Source: Octopus sinensis (Eukaryota). Taken from it: 5,135 bases of DNA. Shown here one piece after another: positions 1 to 5,135 of this stretch. Below the pieces are notes generated by a model that saw only the letters and a program-made list of their open reading frames with translations, was not told where the DNA came from and did not search any database. A program made the position numbers and the translations under genes. The stretch spans positions 1 to 5,135 of the forward strand of contig NW_021830099.1 of NCBI RefSeq assembly GCF_006345805.1, given 5' to 3'. Every line of letters begins with the position of its first letter. The first letter of the stretch is position 1.

Positions 1-207
1 TTACTCTCTTTTACTTGCTTCAGTCATTTGAGTTGTGACCACGCTGGAGCACCGCCTTTAGTCGAGCAAACAGACCCCAGGTCTTTTTCTTTGTAAACCT
101 AGTACTTATTCTATCGATGTCTTTTGCCGAACCGCTAGATTACGGGGACGTAAACACACCAGCTTTAGTTATCAAGCGATGTGGGTGGGACAAACACAGA
201 CACACAA

Positions 208-211
<4 letters not shown>

Positions 212-252
<41 letters not shown>
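212..252. repeat. (AC)n(TA)n microsatellite, internal to the SINE
   Basis: Directly visible. The TA tract resumes at ~525-585 on the other side of the nested insertion. Confidence 0.95.
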
Positions 253-520
253 AAAGACCCCCTTCGGTCATAAATGACCATGGGATTGGCGCCTAGAAGT
301 TACCCTCCTAGACCAAGTCGGGCAAGGTTGTTTATGGAAGACCAGCAGTCGCCCATGCATACCGCCTCTCCACGCCACCAGTGTATCCATGGGAAAGACA
401 AAGGTCGATACAGCTTGGCACCAGTGACGTCGCAACTCATTTCTACAGCTGAGTGAACTGGAGCAACGTGAAATAAAGTGCCTTGCTCAAGACACAACAC
501 GCTGCCCGGTCCGAGATTCG
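253..520 (-). mobile_element. Second SINE family (CORE-like central domain), 5'-truncated within the tRNA head and nested in the TA tract of the SINE at 1-637
   Basis: The minus strand reads cgaatctcggaccggg (remnant of a tRNA T-arm/B-box), then gtgttgtgtcttgagcaaggcactttatttcacgttgctccagttcactcagctgtagaaatgag (CORE-like). It is flanked on both sides by (TA)n of the host SINE. Assignment to the octopus OR-type SINEs is from memory. Confidence 0.75.
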
Positions 521-532
521 GGGGGATAATAT

Positions 533-564
<32 letters not shown>

Positions 565-987
565 ATATATCTTATACATATATACCACGGGCTTCTTTCA
601 GTTTCCGTCTACCAAATCCACTCACAAGTCTTTGGTCTTTTTTGCATCCTAGAGCCTGAAGAGACATCGCTGTTTTTCATTGCTGGTCAATATGTTTTGA
701 ACTACTCCCACAAAAAAGCAAAATCATATCACTAAAGTGACCGCTCCAGCATGTAGATATAGAATAAGGATTTAGAAATCCTAGGAAATTCTATACAGAC
801 GAATTTTTGCTCTTGGTACTAAAGGTATCATGTAAAATAGTGCAAGGCTGTGCATTTGGCATCGATTTTGGTACCAGCCTTGTGTGAACTGTGTCAGCAC
901 AAACCCTACACCGCGTAATGGGGTCCTACTTGCGAGATTTTAAGGTTTACTCCGTAGCCATGTTTCACACGGAAAAGAATGTATTTC

Positions 988-1383
988 TTTCTACTCTAGG
1001 CACAAGGCCAGAAATTTTAGGGGGTGGAGCCAGTCGATTAGACCGACTCCAGTGCATAGCTGTTACTTGATTTATCGACCCCGAAAGGTTGAAAGGCAAA
1101 GTCGACCTCAGCACAATTTGAACTCAGAACGTAGCGGCAGACGAAATACCTATTTCTTTACTACCCACAAGGGGCTAAACACAGAAAGGACGAACAAAGA
1201 CAGACAAAGGGATTAAGTCGATTACATCGACTCCAGTGCGTAACTGGTACTTATTTAATCGACCCCGAAAGGATGAAAGGCAAAGTCGACCTCGGCGGAA
1301 TTTGAACTCAGAACGTAGCTGCAGACGAAATACCGCTAGGCATTTCGCCCGGCGTGCTAACGTTTCTGCCAGCTCGCCGCCTT
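988..1383 (-). mobile_element. Dimeric tRNA-derived SINE with target-site duplication
   Basis: The minus-strand head aaggcggcgagctggcagaaacg (A-box-like) is followed by gagttcaaattcc (B-box). A 118-bp core is repeated at 1033-1150 and 1217-1334, each copy followed by a different 3' tail. The flanking direct repeat ggaaaagaatgtatttc lies at 971-987 and 1384-1400. The core gtcgactttgcctttcatcctttcggggtcgat resembles the Deu/Nin-type SINE central domain (recollection). Confidence 0.88.
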
Positions 1384-1466
1384 GGAAAAGAATGTATTTC
1401 GTAAAACCTGGAGAGCTGGCGATAACAAGAATTCAGTTGATTTGACATGCAGAGCGAAATAATCTA

Positions 1467-1469
<3 letters not shown>

Positions 1470-1515
<46 letters not shown>
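1470..1515. repeat. (CT)n microsatellite
   Basis: Perfect TC/CT run, directly visible. Confidence 0.98.
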
Positions 1516-1523
<8 letters not shown>

Positions 1524-1677
1524 TGTAGGACGAATGTCAGGAATGTTAAACCCTGAATCTCCTCACAGCAAGTGCTCTCACTACACTTCTTTATGACTCC
1601 TTTTATACATCAATTTTTGGCCAAAAACTGACAAAGTCTTTCAGTTTCTTTATTTCCTCGAATTCTATTATTATTGG

Positions 1678-2078
1678 GACGTATATTTGCCATTTAAATA
1701 TGGCTAACACATAAGGGTGGATACTACTGTAGTTTGTAGCCCCAGTTTATAACTCGCTCTGAGATTTAATATCGCTTGTTTACACTTTTTCGATATCAGT
1801 GTTTATCGATACTGGAAAAAGGTTTAAGTATTTGTGAAGGGAACCTGCTTCTCATCGACAAATGTGATTGTCACACGCCGATGACGGGTCAATACCCAGA
1901 AAGTCGAGTCCGTGTGTATCATAAGTTGAAGACGGGAAGGATGGCTTCCCTTTGCAAATACTGATAGGGCACAGAAAGTGTGTCTATAGCCAGCCGGAGG
2001 AGGCGTCCTCCTGGGGCTACAAACTACAGTAGCATCCACCCTTAGGGGTTAGCCATATTTAAATGGCAAATATACGTC
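1678..2078. repeat. 68-bp inverted repeat pair (1678-1745 / 2011-2078)
   Basis: gacgtatatttgccatttaaatatggctaacacataagggtggatactactgtagtttgtagccccag matches the reverse complement of 2011-2078 at 65 of 68 positions, with no gaps. Confidence 0.97.
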
Positions 2079-2121
2079 ACGATGTGCTGTAGCTACTGTT
2101 TATAACTCGCTCTGAGATTTA
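1745..2121 (+). repeat. 24-bp exact direct repeat (1745-1768 / 2098-2121) delimiting a 353-bp unit
   Basis: gtttataactcgctctgagattta occurs twice. Confidence 0.97.
1863..1923 (+). ncRNA. Minimal type I hammerhead ribozyme motif (variant or degenerate core)
   Basis: Stem I cacacg(1872-1877)/cgtgtg(1911-1916), extended by tgtgat(1863-1868)/atcata(1918-1923). Core CCGATGA(1878-1884). Stem II gggt-caat-accc(1886-1897). GAAA(1899-1902). Stem III reduced, with palindromic loop TCGA(1904-1907). Cleavage triplet GTC(1908-1910). Deviations from consensus: U4>C, C.A at 1885/1898 and G.G at 1903/1908. Confidence 0.72.
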
Positions 2122-2137
2122 TTACTCATTATTATTA

Positions 2138-2573
2138 TTGGGTTGTCCGGTTATTCTTAATTAATGACTTGATTTGGTCACCATCTGTAGTGGATGGTCT
2201 GTCTCATCGCTCTTTATCAATAAGGCTACAATCTCCAGCTCGGAACCTTGAGAACCACTTCCGTACAGTTCTTTCGAATAAAGAAACATCATCGTATACA
2301 GCGCATATTTCTTTGGTTGCTTGTGAGGCATTTTCCCCTTTACGGAAAAAGAAAAGCATCAAGTGCCGAAAATGAACTTTCTTATCTTCCATTTTAAAGG
2401 GTTACAGAATTAACACAGATTATAGGAGCATAAACATTCTTCAAGGAAAATATAGCTTAAACTGTTTTCTAAATGGAGGTGTAGTCAAATCCTATTTTAT
2501 GGACTCAAACATGTTCTAAAATAAGTCGAAAGGTAAGCTCCTATAAATCGGCACGAACTTTCCGGCAACCCAA
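2138..2573 (-). mobile_element. Internally deleted Tc1/mariner (mariner-type) DNA transposon
   Basis: Inverted ends ttgggttgtccgg (2138-2150) and ccggcaacccaa (2562-2573), with TA dinucleotides at 2136-2137 and 2574-2575. It contains a transposase N-terminal fragment. Confidence 0.92.
2151..2392 (-). pseudogene. Mariner transposase N-terminal HTH fragment (in-frame stop, then deleted)
   Basis: MEDKKVHFRHLMLFFFRKGENASQATKEICAVYDDVSLFERTVRKWFSRFRAGDCSLIDKER*DRPSTTDGDQIKSLIKNN matches the Mos1/Hsmar1-type first HTH and the (S)GRP linker. TGA at 2206-2204. The second HTH and the DD34D catalytic domain are absent. Confidence 0.93.
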
Positions 2574-3325
2574 TATAATGCCTTATTTTGCTGTTGGTTT
2601 TTTTACTTTCCAACAGTTCAATGGAACTGACACCAAACATTTTCCTCGGACATGCCCACATACACAGAACTATACCACTTTCGTATTCTCTTTTTACCCG
2701 ATTTTCCTCTGCAGCCATCTTTTTAAAAAAGAATTCAGGTTGAACATTAATCGTGTAGATCGCACCTACAAACTTGGTTATATCTGCAAAGGTCACAAGC
2801 GACGCCCTTTCTACTCGGATATTTTCAGTGAAAAGAAATCCGTGTGTAAATCGTATTTGTAATAAAATCTGTCATAAATCTATTTAAAAACACAGCAACT
2901 CTGTAACTATTGACAAAGAGATTGAAAGAATGTTGCCTAGATTAAACTCTGAATCTGTTAATGACAACGAGTTAATATTTGTTTAAGCGGTTTGACATTT
3001 TGTCTCTATAGGTTTATTTTTCGTTTTCTTTTCTGTTATTTGATATAGATACACACACTCACACATATAACACACATATATATATATACATATTTTTTTT
3101 ATCTTTTGCAATTATATTGAGAGAGAAAGAGAGCTGATGAGTGTTTTACAACCTGACTAGACTTGTTTATATCAAGATGTTTTCAACACTTGTTTACTAC
3201 GTAAATGGGTGTCTAGGTGATGCACCTTCTTAGAATTTATAAAGATGTTCCTTCACTAAAATAGTTAGAAGAATCTCATTGATTTACGTAAAAGCTACAG
3301 CTGTGTCGAATGGGATATGAGACGG

Positions 3326-3431
3326 TTTGGCACACTCGTTTTGTCGCCGCTTCTTTTGAGTCGTTGATTCGACGCTGACTTACTTGACATCAGACGTTTC
3401 AATGTTTCCCTCGTTCTCTCGCCTCTCTCCA

Positions 3432-3472
<41 letters not shown>

Positions 3473-4108
3473 TTTATAAGTATGAACATATTTTATCTTT
3501 TATTTTTTAGTTGTTTTAGTCACATAGAAAACGGCCATGCTAGGGCATAGCCTTTGAAATTTTTAGTCGAACACATCGCTCCCAGTACTTACATATTTAA
3601 CAGTCATTTTGCCGTCGCTTGTACGGAGTCGTTGATTCGATGCTGACTTACTTGACATCAGACGTTTCAATGTTTCCCTCATTCACTCACCTCCCTCACA
3701 TTCTCTCTCTCTCTCTCTCTCTTTGTTTATAATTATGAACATCTTTTATCTTTTATTTTTTTACTTGTTTCAGTAACGTAGAATGCGGCCATGCTGGGGC
3801 ATAGCCTTTGTGATTTTTAGTCGAACGCATCACTCCCAGTACTTACATATTTGGCACAGTCTTTTGTCGCCGCTTGTTTGGAGTCGTTGATTCGACGCTG
3901 ACTTACTTGACATCAGACGTTTCAATGTTTCCCTCGTTCTCTCACCCCTCCCCATTCTCTCACTCTCTCTTTCTCTCTCTTTGTTTATAAGTATGAACAT
4001 ATTTTATCTTTTATTTTTTACTTGTTTCAGTCACGTAGAATGCGGCCATGCTGGAGCATAGCTTTTGAGATTTTTAGTCGAACGCATCGCTCCCAGTACT
4101 TACATATT
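3326..4108. repeat. Tandem array of three ~255-270-bp units (unique flank + CT microsatellite + SINE 3' end)
   Basis: The anchor gttgattcga recurs at 3363, 3631 and 3886 (periods 268 and 255). Units start near 3326, 3596 and 3850. The length difference is mostly in the (CT)n tract. Confidence 0.96.
3435..3469. repeat. (CT)n microsatellite within tandem unit 1
   Basis: Directly visible; shorter or interrupted in units 2 and 3. Confidence 0.97.
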
Positions 4109-4346
4109 CTTAAGTCTGGTATAATTCGATCGGTCTCTTTCCCTCTACATCCTCGTTGAATCTGACGGTTAACATTGCCGTTGCCATAATTAAAACAAAC
4201 GAACATACACACGCACGCACGCACATACACACACACTCACACACATATGTATACGATGGAATTCTTGCCCAAGTTGCTATTCAGTGGAAGTGAACTTGGG
4301 ACCATGCGGTTCGGAAGCAAACTTTTTGCCACTCAACCACACCCTG
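4002..4346 (-). mobile_element. Old, diverged tRNA-derived SINE related to 4362-4778, with an internal deletion; its 3' ~105 bp are also copied in tandem units 1 and 2
   Basis: 4017-4140 aligns with the SINE tail (ttacttgtttcagtca...tgcggccatgctggagca...atcggtctcttt). 4264-4346 aligns with the head at 4692-4773 (cttgcccaag...cagtgg...tgaac...accatg.ggtt...agcaa). 4141-4195 aligns poorly. Confidence 0.75.
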
Positions 4347-4361
4347 ATATACTTCTAGGTA

Positions 4362-4572
4362 TACTCTTTTACTTTTTTACTTGTTTCAGTCATTTGACTG
4401 CGGCCATGCTGGAGCACCGCCTTTAGTCGAGCAAATCGACCCCGGGACTTATTCCTTGTAAGCCCAGTACTTATTCTATCGGTCTCTTTTGCCGAACCGC
4501 TAAGTGACGGGGACGTAAACACACCAGCATCGGTTGTCAAGCAATGCTAGGGGGACAAACACAGACACACAA

Positions 4573-4609
<37 letters not shown>

Positions 4610-4778
4610 CATTATACGACAGGCTTCTTTCAGTTTCCGTCTACCAAATCCACTCACAAGCATTGGTCGGCCCGGGCTATAGTAGAAGACACTTGCCCAA
4701 GATGCCACGCAGTGGGACTGAACCCGAAACCATGTGGTTGGTTAGCAAGCTACTTACCACACAGCCACTCCTGCGCCT
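4362..4778 (-). mobile_element. Full-length tRNA-derived SINE
   Basis: On the minus strand: A-box-like tggctgtgtgg (4767-4757), B-box-like ggttcagtcc (4724-4715), CORE-like cttgggcaagt (4701-4691), a central (TA)n(TG)n tract and a short-repeat tail aagtaaaaaagtaaaagagta. No convincing TSD. Confidence 0.92.
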
Positions 4779-5135
4779 ATATACGTAATCTCTCTCTCTC
4801 TTTCACTTTCTCTCTCACTCACACACTATTTGAATGCGTAAAATATATCGGCGCGCATGATGCGTGTGGGCTTGTCTTCAATATGAAAAGTATAACATCA
4901 CCAATCGCCAACACAACACAGGTTAAATGTCCAGTCAGTCGTGTCAAATCGTCAGCGTCAAAATATCCGCTCCAAATTATCTTACTCCAGTGTTGTGCTG
5001 GGTTCTTTTACTGTCATCCTATTCAAGTTAGCAGCGAAAGAATTCCGTTCGCAAATATCCTGTCCTGTCATTACATCAACCATGATATTATGTAATGTTT
5101 CAGGAATCCGAGGCGGATTTGACAGCTCTCTTAGC

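Larger units (their letters stand above)
1..637 (-). mobile_element. tRNA-derived SINE (same family as 4362-4778), 5'-truncated and split by a nested insertion in its central (CA)n(TA)n tract
   Basis: 1-~210 aligns with ~4365-4580 (ttacttg.ttcagtcatttga...gctggagcaccgcctttagtcgagcaaa...gccgaaccgcta...gggacaaacacagacacacaaaca). ~580-637 aligns with ~4613-4668 (ggcttctttcagtttccgtctaccaaatccactcacaag...ttggtc). The tRNA head is absent and the 3' tail lies at the window edge. Confidence 0.9.
1678..2129 (+). mobile_element. Non-autonomous hammerhead-ribozyme-containing retroelement (Penelope-like pLTR derivative or non-LTR retrozyme-like)
   Basis: Candidate TSD tattattattggg at 1666-1678 and 2130-2142. 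68-bp inverted segment at 1678-1745 vs 2011-2078. Exact 24-bp direct repeat at 1745-1768 and 2098-2121 (period 353). Hammerhead fold at 1863-1923. No meaningful ORF. Confidence 0.8.

Noticed and set aside
274-735. ORFs 274-456, 300-500 and 478-735
   Set aside because: They lie within SINE and (TA)n sequence; the YIYI runs are microsatellite translations.
847-888. GIDFGT peptide resembling the Hsp70/actin-fold phosphate-1 motif
   Set aside because: It is followed by SLV-stop instead of the conserved continuation and has no supporting frame; likely chance.
1776-2039. ORFs 1776-1964 (+) and 1824-2039 (-) inside the ribozyme element
   Set aside because: Short, with no RT, GIY-YIG or transposase motifs; the structure is better explained as non-coding RNA.
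1678-2078. Reading the 68-bp inverted pair as MITE terminal inverted repeats
   Set aside because: The right arm is internal: the element continues to ~2129, the TSD brackets 1678-2129 rather than 1678-2078, and the 24-bp direct repeat straddles the right arm.
3134-3141. CTGATGAG hammerhead core word
   Set aside because: No stem II followed by GAAA and no stem I partner nearby.
3326-4108. CRISPR-like or retrozyme reading of the tandem array
   Set aside because: The whole unit repeats with no unique spacers and the context is eukaryotic. The minus-strand gaaacgtctgatgtc has hammerhead-like words but in an arrangement that cannot form the core.
4690-4778. tRNA gene
   Set aside because: A/B boxes are present but it continues into a SINE body and has a second, decayed copy at 4264-4346; it is a SINE head. 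The same applies to 1300-1383.
4360-4784. tatac as TSD of the full-length SINE
   Set aside because: Only 5 nt, AT-rich and not flush with both ends.
4544-5095. 183-aa ORF, the longest in the window
   Set aside because: The first half is the antisense of a SINE plus microsatellites; the remainder has no recognisable motif.

Overview
Eukaryotic, repeat-saturated, essentially non-coding DNA. It is most likely octopus/cephalopod, judged from my recollection of the SINE families (not database-checked). No intact protein-coding gene can be supported; the supplied ORFs are chance read-throughs of repeats, except a dead mariner transposase N-terminus. Contents: five minus-strand tRNA-type SINE insertions (one nested in another's microsatellite, one dimeric with a 17-bp target-site duplication, one full-length, one old and internally deleted), an internally deleted mariner (2138-2573), a 3x ~260-bp local tandem array (3326-4108) and several microsatellites. 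The most interesting object is a ~450-bp ORF-less element at 1678-2129. It carries a minimal type I hammerhead-ribozyme fold (1863-1923), a 353-bp unit closed by an exact 24-bp direct repeat, a 68-bp 5' inverted segment and a 13-bp target-site duplication. This architecture suggests a Penelope-dependent or retrozyme-like mini-retroelement copied from a circular or multimeric RNA. The ribozyme copy deviates from consensus at three core positions, so its activity is unproven.
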